Both the position numbers and the translations under genes were made by a program. Positions 14,801-29,800 of a stretch of DNA of 64,000 nt are shown here, piece by piece; the first letter of the stretch is position 1; the number at the start of each line of letters is the position of its first letter. The notes beneath the pieces are model-generated. The model worked only from the letters and a program-made list of their open reading frames with translations. It was not told the origin of the DNA and did not search any database. Source of the DNA: Yuukianura sp. NJ FZ-2021 (Eukaryota); contig CM102284.1 in assembly GCA_046563655.1 (NCBI GenBank), forward strand, positions 2,976,001 through 3,040,000, in the 5' to 3' direction.

Positions 14801-17800
14801 AGCTTCCACTTCGCCTTCTTCTGAGGTCAATTTTTCAACCAAATTCTTAATCCGCTCCAACTGCTTAGCCTGTTCCTGAATTGTTGGTTTGGGTTCAGAC
14901 AGACGTTGAATTTCTTCTTCACATGCATTCAAAATCTTGTCAAGTTGGTCCAACTGGTCCAGAAATCCAGCCCAATGATGAATGCACTCCTCCAACATTG
15001 TTTTAGTTGAGACAATTTTGGCGGCTAAAGCACTGTAGCGAGTCTGTAGATCTTCGAGAGTGTCGTTGATCCGTTGGTGACCGTCGGGTGAAGTTTTAGA
15101 CAAAACGATTTGAGTGGCTTCAACAATTTGCTGGATAAGTCCATACACTTCGTCCTTGACTACTGAAAGTTCTTTGACTGTTGCTAACTTGGATTCTAAT
15201 GCATCCTGAAGCGGAGTGTCACCGAGACACGAGTCTAGTTTGTTCGAGATTTCTTTCAGGTGAGAGTCGGCGTCATGGACAAGACGATCCAAGTTTTTGT
15301 GTTGGTTGACGTATGTGTTCCAGTTACTTGTCAGCTCCTGAAGAAATGGTAAAATGGCAATTTTTATATTAAAAGTGGATATATTTTATTATAATATAAT
15401 AAATTATATTCTACCTTGACACGACTGGCCACTTGCTGGTACTTGGACGTAACTTCGAGGTCGGACACAGTAGAAGTTCTAGAAGGCAGAGCTTGAGTCT
15501 GTAGACTCAAAGCCTTTTCGCTGATAGAATCTACTTCTAGTTCACGTGCCTTAACTTCTGCTTGTAAATTCTACAAATTACAAAAAAAAAAATCTAAGTA
15601 AACACAACTTTTAAAAAGTTCCAACTAAACTTCGTAAAGTTACCTGGAGAAGGTGAAGCTGTTTTTGTTTGAGTTCCAGCGTAGGCTGCAGTTCTCCGTG
15701 AAGTCGAAGTTCAGCATCCTTCAAAAATTCCAAACAAGCTTCCCTTTCTTCCTCAAACGACGCAAACTGTGCCAGTTTATTTTGAAGCAAATCCAATGTC
15801 GCCTTGAGAGTTGCCTGGATGGCTTCCCACTCCTGCTGACTCGAGTCAATCTGTTCCTGGATGTTTGTTCGGCCTTGCTCAGCCGTTTCCGGAAGCACTT
15901 TCTTTCCCAGATTCCGAATCTCTTCAATTCTGTACCCTTCCTCTGGAAGTGTCTCTGCCAAGTTCTGGAGTCTGTGCAGATTGGATTGAAGAGTGAGACG
16001 ATCTTGGTAGGCGTCACCCCATAACGCTAAGCTCCTCCCTACTCCGTCCATGAACTCCTGATTTTCCTGGACTTTGGTCATGTAGCCACTGTGATTGGAA
16101 ACCATTCCTTCCCATCGGCCCACCTCATTCTTGCAACTGTCTTGCAATGACTCGTATTCTGCAAATAGTGGACTTCCACTAGCGTTCATCAACAGTTCAG
16201 ACTTTTGTGAAGTGACGTCATTGAGTAGCGACCGATAGACATTGAGTACTTGGCGCTTTTCGTCCAACGTTGACTTCAGCTCCAAGTCTTTCGACAGTCG
16301 AGCCCTGAATTCCTTAACTTTTTGGCTCAATTGCGTTTCTGCTTCTTCAAAGGCGGCAAATTTCGAAATTTTGTCAACAATCGCCCGCTCAACGGAATTC
16401 AGCTGACCGTTGAGAGAATTGTTGAGATCCGATAACTGGTCCAACTTTTCTTGAATCGAAGCGATTCCGGCAGGGCCGGTACGACTGAACAGCTTTTCGC
16501 CCAACTCGGTCAAGGCGTTGAGTCGTTTCTGATACGGCACTTTGTTAGCAGCCAATGATTGGATGGCAGCAAGGCTCTTCTCCAGTTCTGGCTTCCCGCC
16601 CTCAAGCCAATCGCCTTCAAGCAAAGCTCCTTGTAAAGAGTTCAAATCCTGTTCTAACGCTGTGGCATCCGTCTCGAAGCGCTTGTGGTCCTTTACGTTT
16701 TCCTCGGCTTTGCTCACAATTTCCTAAACATCAAAATTCATTTTTATTTAAAAAAAAATAGTGTAATTTTTACATATTGCGAATACGATATGTATTGCGA
16801 TATGATGATTTCAAAAATTCATGTGAATTTACTTTGCAGATTTTGTGAACTGCTTGAAATCGGGAATCCAACTGCTTTAGTTGCGTCGACGCTTGAGCAT
16901 CTCCACTTCTTGGTAAAAAGTCCGAAAATTCCGTTTTCAATTTGTCTATCCCATGTTCGTTGTCACGCAGTTTGGCTGCCAGAGACTGAAATAACAAAAT
17001 TTCAGATTAAGCACTAATTAAATAGAAAGTTAATCAGAAAAAACTTCAACAGTAACCTAAAGTAAACACAAATATGTACCACATTAAGATACAACAACTT
17101 GGGTAACCGACGACATTGAAAACATACAAAAACCAAAATAGTACGTTGACACGGACATTCCAACCTTTGTTAGTTACAGAGACTACGAAGATGAAAGAAT
17201 TTCGCAGGCACAAAAATCGCTTACTTGTTCTACACTTTGCAAATTTGTTGTCTCCTCAACTCTCGAATCAATTTCAAGCAACACATCCTGTTCAAAATTG
17301 CCACATCAAAAATATCAACAAAATATATGTACTACAAACAAGAAAAAACTCTTGAAAAACACGTTTTTATAACGTAATTGTGGCTCGGGATTCAAGATTT
17401 TAACGTCTTCAAATGCATGCTGCAAAAAATTTAATGGTTGGTTAATACTCCAATTTCAGTTCAATTTCCGATCGAGCGTCGAGTAAAATGAAAATCTGGG
17501 ACTGTTGGAATAAAAAACGATTTTGTTTATAAAACCGTTAAAAATAGTTTAAGTGTTTTAAATTCACTAAATTTTCAATCGAAAAACCATGTCCGAAATC
17601 AACAAATTGAGAAATTTCGGTTCGAATTGTCACGAAAAAATTGTTTTTTTCTTACAACTTTGCAACTTGTTAGAAACCGTAGGATTGAAAATGGTACACG
17701 TGCTTATTTTTTTTAAATTTTGTTTTCTAAAAGACTAGAATAAAAACGTACCTTAAATTTGACAAGGTCCAACTCTTTTTCTTCCAGCGTGTCCTTCGGC

Positions 17801-20800
17801 GTGACAGACTTGAGCATTGCTTCTGTTTCTCCAATCCATTCGCTCATTTCAGCAACTCCTGACTCGAAAGCATTCCAGGCCTTGAGAGCTTCCTCTTTGG
17901 AACTCAGCACTTCACTAATTTCGTTCGCCAGTTTATCCTGTTCGAATCTGAAAAAATGCACGATATTTAAGAAATTTAGAAAAAGATGCACAATGCAGAG
18001 AAATTGAAATTCGAGAGAAAAATTATACCGAAAATTCCGTTCTTTCGTTTTAAGCGGACTCGTTGAACTTTCGGGCAGTTCAGCTGGGAGGCTTCGTATT
18101 ACGCCACTAAGATGATCAATCACCAGAACCCCTTCAGGTAACTTTTGCTGCAAATCTTGAAGTCTTCGAATGCCCTCAACGAGACTCACTTTGTCTTCAG
18201 CTCCAGCTATCAAAAAATTTTATATAAAAAATACTTAAATCAAATAGCAAAATCTAAACCAAAAAAAATCGAAGGCTCACCAGAATACAATTTCGTTTGC
18301 TCCGCAAGCTGGCGGTGGAAATCTTCCACTTTTCCAACAGTATCATCCCAATCAGTGATACTTTCCAGAATTTTCTCATGCACGCCAATATTGTTTTGTA
18401 ATGAAGTCAAGAGTCTGTCATACCGTTCTCGTTCTTTTCCAGTTTCAAATTCTCCCGCTCCTTGAACTTTGTTTCTTTGGTTCAATTCTGCTGCTTTTTC
18501 TTCCAGCGTTTCCAGCGATCCGCGCATTCTTCTCACTTCGTCCAAACAAACTTTGAGTTTGATTGACTTGCTTCTTGCATCAGGAGCCGATGTCCATTCT
18601 GGTTTGATTTCCGCCGCTCTCTTCTCCATTCCATCCAGCCACCCACTCACTTCCCGCAAAGCATCACGATAAGCCGACATTAATTTCGAATGTTGTGCTT
18701 GTTTCTGTTCAGCTCCCTTCAGCGTCTCTCCCACCTCCTCCAGCCTAGTGGCCAAGTTGCGTAAATCAGTTCTAATTTTTTCACGTCCGCTGGCCTCTGT
18801 GTCTGGATACAACTTCTCCGCCAACATCGTCAGTCCAGATAAATTCTTAAAACATTCTTCTCGTTCGAGAGTAAGTTTTGCAACGTGTTCTGGAACGGGG
18901 CTTTTAAGACGTTCTTCCAGCGCTGTTGTGTCTTGAACTAAAGAATCGTACTTGGTCGCATAGAGTTTATGATTCCGAACTGCCATCTGAGCTCTGTTGA
19001 GCGCCTCTTTGCTCAATACAGACAACAATTGGAATCTGTTGCTCAGTTGGTTCACAAGCGTCCGCACTCTTTCGACTTGACTCACTCGGCTCAATTCATG
19101 AGACTTATCTACAAAATCATTCACTTTGGCCTCATGCCCCACAATGTTATTTCTTGCTTCAACTAATTGTGCCAGCGCAGTTTCTTTTTCTTCTAGAGTC
19201 GAACTTAGCGGAAGTGATCTGAAAAACTGTTCGTTGTCTTTGAGCCACTGAGCCTGGTTAGCCAAGTCCGAATCAAAGACGAGCCATTGAGCATGCGTAT
19301 CTTTCAATTTCCCGCAAGCTGTTTTAACAGAATCCATAACATCTTGGAGTGATGACTCAGCTTGCTTTACTTCAGCTTCCAGTGCACCCTTCCCTGCACT
19401 GGAAGTAGAAAGAAGCAAAGGGGGCAGGGCTTGTACGAGTTGCGTAGTAAGAGGAACTCCAACTTCGCGTGCTTCTGTCTCAAGTGCTTCTAGAGCCTCT
19501 AGTCGCTTGATAATGTCGCCTTTTTCACCCGTAGTTTCGCTGGACTCGGCTATTTTTTGTCTAGCGTCGGCCAACCACCGCCCAACTGCTTGACGGGCGT
19601 CATTGAACTTGACATGCGTAGCAACGTTTTCTTCTAGATTCGTTCTGATGGAGTTTGACTTTGCCTTGATTCGTTCATACAGTTGCTGAATGCTGGCAAT
19701 AAAAGCGGCAAGACTGGAGTCTTGTGTTGCCGAAGCCAAAGCTTCTGCCCGTTCACAAACTGTTCCAACCAAATCCTCTTTGCCAAGAATTTCTTGATGG
19801 GAATTCAAATGCAGTTTGAGTTGGGCTTCTTTTTCAGGAAGAGTGTACTTGAGTTGAGTGCACCCTTCAAGGGCTCCCTCAATGTCTCGAAGGAACTTGG
19901 ATAACTGATCCTGTGATGACGAAAAATCTTCCAGCATTGCAGCTTGTAGAGACAGATTCTGATCGGCACCATCTAATTCCTCTCCAAAGTGTTCCCATTT
20001 GTCACGCAGTGTTCGGATTTGCTGTCGGATGAGTTCGCGTCCATCGGGAGATGTTTGGGCATAAAGAGATTCGCCTGCAGCGATAAGAGATTCTAGTGGA
20101 GTAGCGGAAGCGGAGTGAGCAGCAACCAAAGTTCCAAGGATTTTACGTTTTTCACCTAACGGTTTTGATTTTCCTTTTCCCGATTGCAGATCCGCTAATT
20201 GCTTTGAGTTCTTCTCCAAAGTCTCCAGGAACGTAGCATAGTTGTTCTCAAAATTCAAATGGGCTTCAACATGCTCCTTGTATTTTGCCTCAGCCGCCTG
20301 GAAAACGTTGAACAAAATATTACCCTAAACAAAATATTACAAATAAAGCTGCCAAACATAGATGCATCTGCATATAAAATATTTTAGTATTTAAAAAAAA
20401 TATTTGGGGACACTGGAAAATACCAAATATTTACATACATTGTAAATATTTGACGTCATCTTTTGACGATTTTTAAAAAAAATTTCAAATCGACAAGGGT
20501 TGAGTGATATCTTGGCAAAACTTTCTAGTTTGGAAAGCTGTTTTTTTCCTACTTTTTGGTCATGATTTTTCGTTCGTGTGAGAATCTTCTAGCTAAGGGT
20601 TAAAGGGTTGTCTCATAACAGGAAGTATGTCCATAAACAGTCTTCCGGTGAAAGTGAGCTAATAGAGACATTTCTGACCTTTTGTTTAAAGCAATCCACA
20701 TCTCTTCCCATAAATACAGCCCATTTTGATTTTAGTAAATATCTCCGGGTTTTGATATTGACTAGACACATATTTTTGGTAGCTCTAATTTCTAAATAAT

Positions 20801-23800
20801 AATTCTTACCATTAGGGCAGGCTTGAGTACTTCGTACTGACTCAGAAGCTGTTTGGTTTTCATATCTTTTGGTTCTTGGATAGCAAGATTTTCAAATTGT
20901 GGCGCCTTTGATTTCACTTCTTGATTCAACTGTACAAGTTTGGCAACTCTGTCTTTCTTTGCTTCTACGCTGTTTTTCAATGATTGGTCCTTGACTTGAG
21001 TCTCGACATCTTTGATCCAACTTCCTAAAGATTCAACTGTGTTCTTGAGCTCCCTCATTTTTCCAACTTGTTCTTCTGCAACACTCGTGGCATTCTTCAT
21101 GTCCGAAAACAACTTCGCCTGCAAGTTGCTAACTTCGTTTAAATTAGCTCGTAGTTTGTCATGTCCCTTCGGTTCCGTTCGGTTTAGTACTTTCTGGAGC
21201 GATTCCTTGCATCTATCTAGCGACGGACCAAGTTCCGTTTCAGTTCCTGTCGTAAGCTGCTGGAGTTTCTGGAGTTTATCCTGCGCATGCTCGAGAGATA
21301 GCACCGGTTGTTGAGCGGCAATTTCAAAGTTTTTGGTTGCGTTTTGAAGTATATGGCGTACGTTGTCAAGTTCTTTCTTGTACTGCTCATGTTCAGCAAC
21401 AGCTTCCTCTAGTCCTTTTACCATTTCCTCAATAGCTGCCCGTTGTTTCTCGTAAGCTGTTCTAAAGTTTTGGAATTTGCTGCTTTCATTTGCATCTCCA
21501 AGGTTGTTAATCTTTTGTTCCAAAATAGAAATGACAGGAGCATAAGCCAGCACACTCTGCAGCAACGTCTTCCCGCGATCGAGTTCACTTATCTTTTCCT
21601 GCAGTGTTGGCTGAAGGACGTTCAAATGTTTACCTTTGACCTCCTCAAGCCATTTGCTGACCTGTGCCTGGCTATCATCAATTGAAGCCCAAGTTAGACG
21701 AAGAGCCTCCAGATTTTGAATCACAGCATTTCCAGAGTCAACCAAACTGTCCCATTCCTCCCGCCCTTTTTTAAGTTCCAATCGAATTTCTTCTTTGCTT
21801 TCCGGGGAAAGGTGAGACAAAATGGCTTCCGCCTTTTCAGTGCTTTTTGTTAAAAGAGTTTGTGGTAAAGTTGATTTCAAAATTCCCTCGACTTGAGCCA
21901 CGCTTGCAACCATTGCGGAGTCGGGCTTCGTTGCTTTTTGGACGGCAAGTTGAATTGGTTTAATAATTTCTTTGGATTCGGTAACAAATGAGGCCAACTT
22001 CTTCATTTCGTCTTTGAAACTGGCAATGTTAGACTGCAAATTACGCACGCGTAACTTCGCTTCTTCGATTGACGCTGCAGCAGCTTTGTTTCTTGCAGCG
22101 ATTGCTTCTGCCTTCCGCACAGCTCCTGAACTGGGATTAATTTTTTGTAAAGCAACCGCTAGGGCGTTAAGCTGATTCAATTTTGGCGCAACTTTTGAAA
22201 TATCTGGTAAAGCCTCTACTGCTTTTTGTAGGGATTCAATTTCAGCTAAGTTGATTCGTTCAGGAACTTGGCGTAATTTGGATTCAATGTCTCCCACAAT
22301 TTTGTCCAGTTCGGTAGCAGCGACGTCAAACGTTTCTTGAGCTTGCTTGACTTCCTCCGCATGATCTTGTGCCTTATCAATCTCCGTCTGTACTTGTTTC
22401 AAGTCATTGAGAACTTGGGTATAAGATGCTTTAAGTTGAGGAAAGTTTTGCCCAGGCGCAAGCTCAGATTCGACTTCGTCCAACAAGGTCTTTGCCTCTG
22501 CGCAGCTATATGACGCCGAACTCAAATCGGTCGCTACCTCTTGTGGTGAACTTATTCTCGACTGAGCAACTTTGACTTTCTCTTTGGCTCCTGCAACTAG
22601 ACGCCCAGCAGCACTCAGCTTGTCTCCCAGTTCACGTTCGACGCCACCAACAATCGTTGTCTTCACAGCACCAGCTTGAGCCACTAACATTTCAGCGCTT
22701 GATTTCAAATTGGCCAATTCCCGCTCAAATGGAATATCATCCCAATCGGGGTACTCGGTCTTCAGGGCAACGTGTTTTTCTAACAACTGCTTCACGTCTT
22801 CAAGAATTCCTTGACCTGTGACTTCTAACTGCCTGCACTGTTCGAACTTTGATGCGGTCGACGTAGGCCGAATGCTGTCTTTGCAATTGGCAATACTTGT
22901 TTTGAATTTGGATACTTTGTCTTGAACGGATTTGGCGCCATCTTTCAAATTTGCAACCCGGGTGTCAAAAGCTGCCAATTTGGCTTCCAAATTTGACACC
23001 AGCCCAGCCGTAGATGAAAATCCTTCTTCCACTAACTCTGCAATTGAAGCCAAAGATTCCGTTGGCGCATGTCCAGGTAGTGCCTGCAACTGGTCAATTT
23101 TGGCAGCAAGTTCAGTTTGAATAGCCAACTTGTGCGGAAGTTCTTCACGATAAGTTGCAAGTTCGTTTTTAATTGCAACTGGATTCACTGCACAAGAATC
23201 TTTTCCTTGAAGTGATTCGTACATTCTGGACAGCCACTCAATGACATCGGTTTTGCACGACTGAATTCCAGCCCAAAGTAACGCTTCTGTCTCAGTCTCT
23301 GCTTGTTTCTTGGCCAAATCTTTTGCAATTATTTCCAGTCGCTGCTTCAACGGCGCAGACTGGGCAGGTTTTGAAGGCACCGCACCAGATCCAGCTGAGA
23401 TGGCATCCAATGCATGTGCTAATTTCGCTTCAAGTTGAGAACAGCTCATAATCAACGGTTTCTTTTCCTCCACAAGTTGAACGCCCTTGTGTAGCCGCTC
23501 CTGCAGCGCAAGCGCGGAGGCCTCATCTGTCGGTATTTGTTGTAAGGCTTCTCCAGCAAAATTTTCGACTTCCTCCACGGCTGCTTTCAACCGTTTCTTT
23601 TCCGCTTCATATTCTTTCCACAGTTGAACTGCGCCACTAACCGAAGCCGTTTGAGCTTTAACTGCTTCCGAAACGCGTTCGTACTTTCGATCTTCAGCTT
23701 CCAAAATTCCTTGAACTGCTTGAAGAGCCGTTGGATCTTTAAGTATAAGTTCGGCTGCGAGTGAATGCAATTGGGCCTTTTGCGGCTGTGCTAGAGACGT

Positions 23801-26800
23801 TAGTGTAGCTGTTTCCTGTAACTGTGTCAACGCCTTCTGAAGACCAGGGAGATCAAGACTTTGAGGTAGAATGCTCTCAACGGCAGTCTGTGATTGGGCG
23901 AGATTCGATTCGAGATTCTGTTGGACCGCACGTACTTTCTGCCACTCCGCTTCCACTTCGTTCGCTTTTTCTTTCTTTTCATGAATTTGGGACTTCATGG
24001 CCTTCAACTTCGTTTCTAGCTGAGCGACAATAGTAGGAGCAGATAATGGTTGATTCAAAGTTCCCTGGGCATGAGCCAAAGCTTTTGAGCGTGGTTTCCA
24101 CTCTGCCAGTTTTGCTTCAAGTGCTGCAACTTCGGCTTCGTCAGCCGGTTGATTGAGCACGAGCTGTTGTTCGGCATGTTGAAGTGTGTCGGACACATCG
24201 GCTTGAATCGCATGAAGCCCTTTCCATTCCTCCACTTGTGCCACTTTGGAATCAACTTTGGATCGTAGGTTTTCAAACTTCTGTGCAAGTAGAGAGTATT
24301 CCTGTGACAGAAGTGGAACTTGCGGAGAAGGGCATCGGAGCGTAAGTACTTTGACATCTTCGTAGACCTTGGTCAATTGAGGCTGTTGGAGTTGAAGTTC
24401 CTCTGAAAGACTGGACAACGCTTGGCTTGCAATTTCCAAACAGTCGAACACTGGTTGCACTCCATCCAACTTTGACTCAAACTCCTTCATCCAATTCTTC
24501 AGCGCCGCTACTTTCTCGTTGTAATTCGCCCTGAAACAATAGTAAATAGTATTATGTCAATTATTCCCCCATTTCACGGCGTATACCACGCACTCGCGTA
24601 TACCACGCACTAAAATGCAATTCCTAGGACATAAATTAAAACAAAAATGTTCATTCAAAATCGTCGTCAAAATTCACAAAAACCCGAAGAAATCCGGAAC
24701 CAATACCTATTTTGATATTCAGATTGAATGTCCTCCAATATCGCCACAACTTGATTCATTTAAGGCGGTATTTCTGGAACGCAGAATAGATGATGTTTCA
24801 GATGATGTTTTGGTTGTAGAATTTGGACGATTTTTGTTATTTTTTTTTTTGAAAACTTTTACTGAAGTTTAGAGTTTTTAAGAATTTCTCGTTTTCATGT
24901 TTTTACTCCTCATGCCACAAAAATAACAGATAAGGCGCGCGGTATACGGCGTGAAATAGGGTAGTTAAGTGCTAATTAATTTACTAATCATATTAAGTTA
25001 GGTAATGATTGATCAACTTACCTGGTTTGTCTAACTTGTTCCAGCGTATTTAGATCTGCTTGAGCTGCTTCTGCTAATTTCGAGATCTTGCCTTTCATTG
25101 CCCTGAGATCCGCAGTTAGAGTTGCTGCAGTTTCGGCGGAAGTGAGTCTTCCTAGCGTATCACATTGCTTCCCCAAAGAAGCGATATTCGCTTGCTCTCC
25201 TGTCACTTTCTGGCACAAATCCTGCAAATCCCACACAATTTTAGTTAAGCCGCAAACATATCGTAATCAAAAGTGAAAAACCCTCCAAAAGATTACAAAA
25301 GGCGTAAACAAAAGATATTTTTTTTTATCAAAATGACTCTTCACACCTCTAGTTTCGCTTGCTGAGCTGCCAATTGTTCTGTAGAAAGCAATGCATAGTT
25401 AACAGGAGTCGAGAGATCCTGGAGTTGAGCTGTGGCCCAATCGTCTAATTTCTTGAAAGCAGTTTCATACTTCTCCCAATTGTCTACGAGACCCTCGTAC
25501 TTTTCACCCCAGTGGTCAGCCGTGGTCTAAAAAAATCATTTCTCAAAATTTTGAAAATTTGACATAGCAAAGCATATATTCTGCATTCTGCTTACACTGA
25601 TGGAAGCCACTTTGGTTTGTGCAGTTTCGACTTCTTCAACAGTCGAAGCAACTCCAGGAACTTGACCTACTTTAGTAGCAGATTTGTCTAGCGTAACCGC
25701 CAGCGCCTTTCCTGCTCCTGATAATTCCTAAAAATTCGAAAACCAAATGAGCGGGATTACAAAAAGCATAAATTTTTCAGAAAAAAAGTAAGGGATTTTT
25801 GTACCTTCATTTCCGCTTTGAGTCGTTTTGCCTCCTCGAGTGACCCAGGTCGGGCAAATCCCTTAGCCACTTTTGCAGCGCCCTCTTCAATAAACGGAAC
25901 TGCTTTCACTACTGACTCTCGACACTCCGTCCAAGACACCAAAGCAACTTCGGAGTTTGCTTTCTGAGTTGCCATTTGGGCATGAACTTGAGTCAGTCCA
26001 GCTCGTAAGTCTTCCAATTCCTTTGACAAAGAGGCTGCCACGGGGTCACCAGGGGTCAACGGTAGACATTCTCCCAATTCCATTTCCAGAGCTTGTAGTT
26101 TCCCTAAGTGGAGACCCACTTGAACACCAAGTTCTTGTGTTTTGGCAAGACGTTCGTCTGGACGGATTTCCATTTGAAGGAGCTGAAGTAAAGCTGCTTT
26201 GCAGAACTCCACGTCTTTCCGGAGCGAATCGATTTGTGATGCAAGCGAGTCATAAGTTTGACTTTGTTTAGATGCTTCACTGATCCTTCCTTCAAGAATG
26301 TTCAGAAGGTGGCGTAGTCGCTGCTCAATAGTTGATACTTCCTCTTCCAAAATTCCACGTTGTTGTGGATGAGACACTGAGGCAAGGGAGTTGCTCAGTT
26401 CCTTGAGACGTGCCACGGTGTGATTGGTCGACTGATGAAGAACGGTGTTCAACGCAAGGCGACTCGCAGCGTCTTTGGATTTGAGTCCTTCCAACTGAAG
26501 TTCAGTGTTTTCCAAGAGACCGAGAATTGAATTCTTCTGCTCTGCAAACGAAGTCCAAACTCGATGGATCTCTAGAATTTTTAGAAACAAAAATTACGAT
26601 TTGGAAATTCAAATTCAGGAATGTTGAATTTCAGAATTTTCAACGCTTGTCACCTTGCAGGTTTTTGATTTTGTCGTTTGCTCTCTGCTGAATTGCTCTC
26701 CACATATTTTCCAGTTCATGTGATTGCGTCTGAACAAATTCGGGCGTGGTTCCATCATGTCTGCGCAAATCTTGACCTGCTTGAAGTAAACTGATGATTC

Positions 26801-29800
26801 CAGGACGCTGATTTTCCAGTTGCGCCAAAATTTGATTCTGTTCTGCAATCATTCTCTCCACTTGCTCCAGCGACGTTGGACAAAGGTCGTGGTCAAGAAC
26901 CGAGGAATCCAGGCCTTCCAACTCTCGACACACCTTTGCATGCGAAATTTTTAGTTACTACGCAATAGATTAAGTTTTTAGTGGGTTAGACTCACCCGTC
27001 GAATCTCTTCACGGTAAGTGTAGCAGCGTGACTGTGTTTCAGTTCGAATCATCGTCACTTCAATCATCGGAACTAAACTTTTGTAACGTTGAATTAAATT
27101 TTCGAGGGCCGTTTGTTCCTGAAGTGCTTCTTCATCACCACGCAACGACACGAGCAAATCTAAATCCTTCACTAAACTCTTCATGACCTCACGCTTGAGG
27201 TCAACGTCACGACAAATTGCAAGGAACTTGGATTTTTCAATGTCAAATTGTTGTGCATCATAGGGTTCCATTGTCATAATTTGCTTCAAAGCTGCATCAA
27301 CAGTGTCCATCCAATTGGAAACGCTGTTAAACCTGAAATCACAAAAAAAAAATTCAAAATCTGAAAATTAAAAATCAAAAAATGTAGTTTTTTTTTTTTC
27401 AAAATTCACTTACTTGTTTCTATAATCTTCCCATTGTTGTGGTATGTTTCGTAAGGTTGAACCTAGAGCCTGAACTCTTTCCATCAAACTCTCAAAAACG
27501 GCATTTGCTTCAGTCAGAGCGTCTTTCAACGATTGATCTTGTGGAAATTGTGCTTCCAGATTTTGATAAATTTGAGAAAGACGGTCCAAACTGCGCCTGG
27601 CTTCAATTGGTAGAGTTCCAGAGAGCAACTGAGCATTTCGATCCAAAACAGCCTGCGAACTTCCGTGTTGACTAAGCAGCATTTCTTCGTCGTTGACTTC
27701 GCGGTGAATCTCTTTCAAAATTCGTGCCAAATTCTCCTTTTCTAAATGGAAGTCCAGTTTTGCCACGTGAGCTGGCGTTTGGGCAAGAAGTTTCTAACAA
27801 ATCAAAAAGTAAGAAAAAAAAAACTCATAAACTTACACAAAAAAATATGTTTTTTTAAAAATATTTTTTAATTAAAAACTACTTACGCTCCATTTCGTCT
27901 GTGTGTATTCGACAGACTTGATTACGGATTCATAAAATTGGGGTTCACCCACACAACCTCTCAAACCATGCGCAGCGTCCACCAAATCCTTCAGTGGTCG
28001 TTCACTAATTTCTTCAAAATATCTTTTGTGGCTCTCCAGTGTTTGAACAGACTTGTATTCACTATCAAACATCAACTTCTCCACTGTTCTTAGGCAGTCA
28101 TTGACAATTTCTCTGCTTTCTTCATACTTCCTCCAACATCTCAAACTTTCTCCCAGTTTATTCTCCCACTCGTGACTGGCTCTCTCAACATTCTGGAATT
28201 GTTGTTGCAACTGATGAACTTGGTCCTGGTCGTCCATATGACGGTTCTCAACCAATCGTCGCTTGCTGTCCAGTAAACTTCTGTAGTAAACCAATTTTGA
28301 AAAGAAGCGTTTGTGAGTCAAAAGTGTTTCCTGTGTGGATTTCAAATCAGTCGGTGCATAGCTATGCATGAGTTCCTCCGCCTGTCTTAGCCATGTAGAA
28401 GTTTCTTCGAGTCCTGCACGCAGAGCGTCTTGTTCCGCCAATTGTCCGCTGAGTGAGGCCAACTTCACTGGAATTTGTGAACGGAGGCATACAAGACGCT
28501 CTTTTTCGGTTTTCACAAATTTCATGAGTCGCTCGACTTCTTCTCCAGAAAGTTCCGGAATGAGAACTTGAAATTGGCGATTGACATTGCGCCATTCTTC
28601 GTCTTTCGAGTCCAGTAAAGCTTGAATTGGCGCTAATTCGGACGGATGAGCAGCTTCTGCCACGGTTTTCTCTGCGCTGTCCAACCAAACAGATAACGCC
28701 GACAAACCGTCAGTAATTTCCTTTCTTTTGCGTAGAACTCGTCCGACATGTTGGTATTGGCGGACTTGGTTGAATAGTTGATTCCATCCGGCCTCAATTC
28801 TTGAAAAGTCAGACTTTACCATGGACGCAATTTCTGGAGTACAAGTGGCCATAAGGAACGCTGCAGTGTCACGCAAAACGTGAAATTTCTCTTCCCATAG
28901 TGCAATATCCTGAAATACAAACATAAATCTGTCTCTTTTCTTTGTTTTGTCATAATTTTTTTTTTCAGTTTTACCTGAAAGTAGTTCATGCGTTCATCCT
29001 CCGGCGCCTGCGCCATAGGCAATGATTGGACCAACCAAGACTCCAGCTCTGGCAGCGTCGCTTCATATCTTGCCCACTGTGATATAACTTCTTCCAGCAT
29101 TGACCCAACACAGCGAAGCTCCATTCCGACGCTCTTCCAGCGTTCTCCAATTTCCCACAGAAAGTGATCAGCTACACGACATTCTCGGGTATCTATTCCA
29201 CCTTCTCTCTTGTATTCCTCTACAACAATCTTCATATCGGCGTAAGCTCGGTCAAATTCAGTGAAAATTTGGTTTCGATTGACAAAAGTGTTGAACTGAT
29301 TGAGAAGACTTTGGACGTTACGACCGTACGGGCCAGTCCACTGCCTCACACGGTTTTCAACTAAAACAATGAAAGCTACAAGGCAGCACTGAAAGCAAAC
29401 AAATAAAATTATATTTACATATTGTTGTTAGTCTTTTCTCGCGTATAAGACGCGTCGTGTCTCTGAAATTTCGAAAATTTTGAAACGAAAGACAATTTTT
29501 TCCACGAAAACTGACGATTGTTGTTAAAATTTGTATAAATCGCCAGCAAATATGCCAAACTCTACTTCAAACGGTTTTAGTCTAATTAGTTTTCAAATCC
29601 AGCATTTTTGGCATGGTTCTGGTTTCTGGCAATTCAAATTGGCACGGTTCTTTGTGAGATATTTTCAAGAATTTCGGGGTGCGTCTTATATGCGAGAGCG
29701 TCTTATAAGGGAGAAAATACAAGAAACTACCTAACCTAACCGGTTTTTAATAATATTATATGTTATTTATTATAATTATTGTATTATTAATGTTATACTT

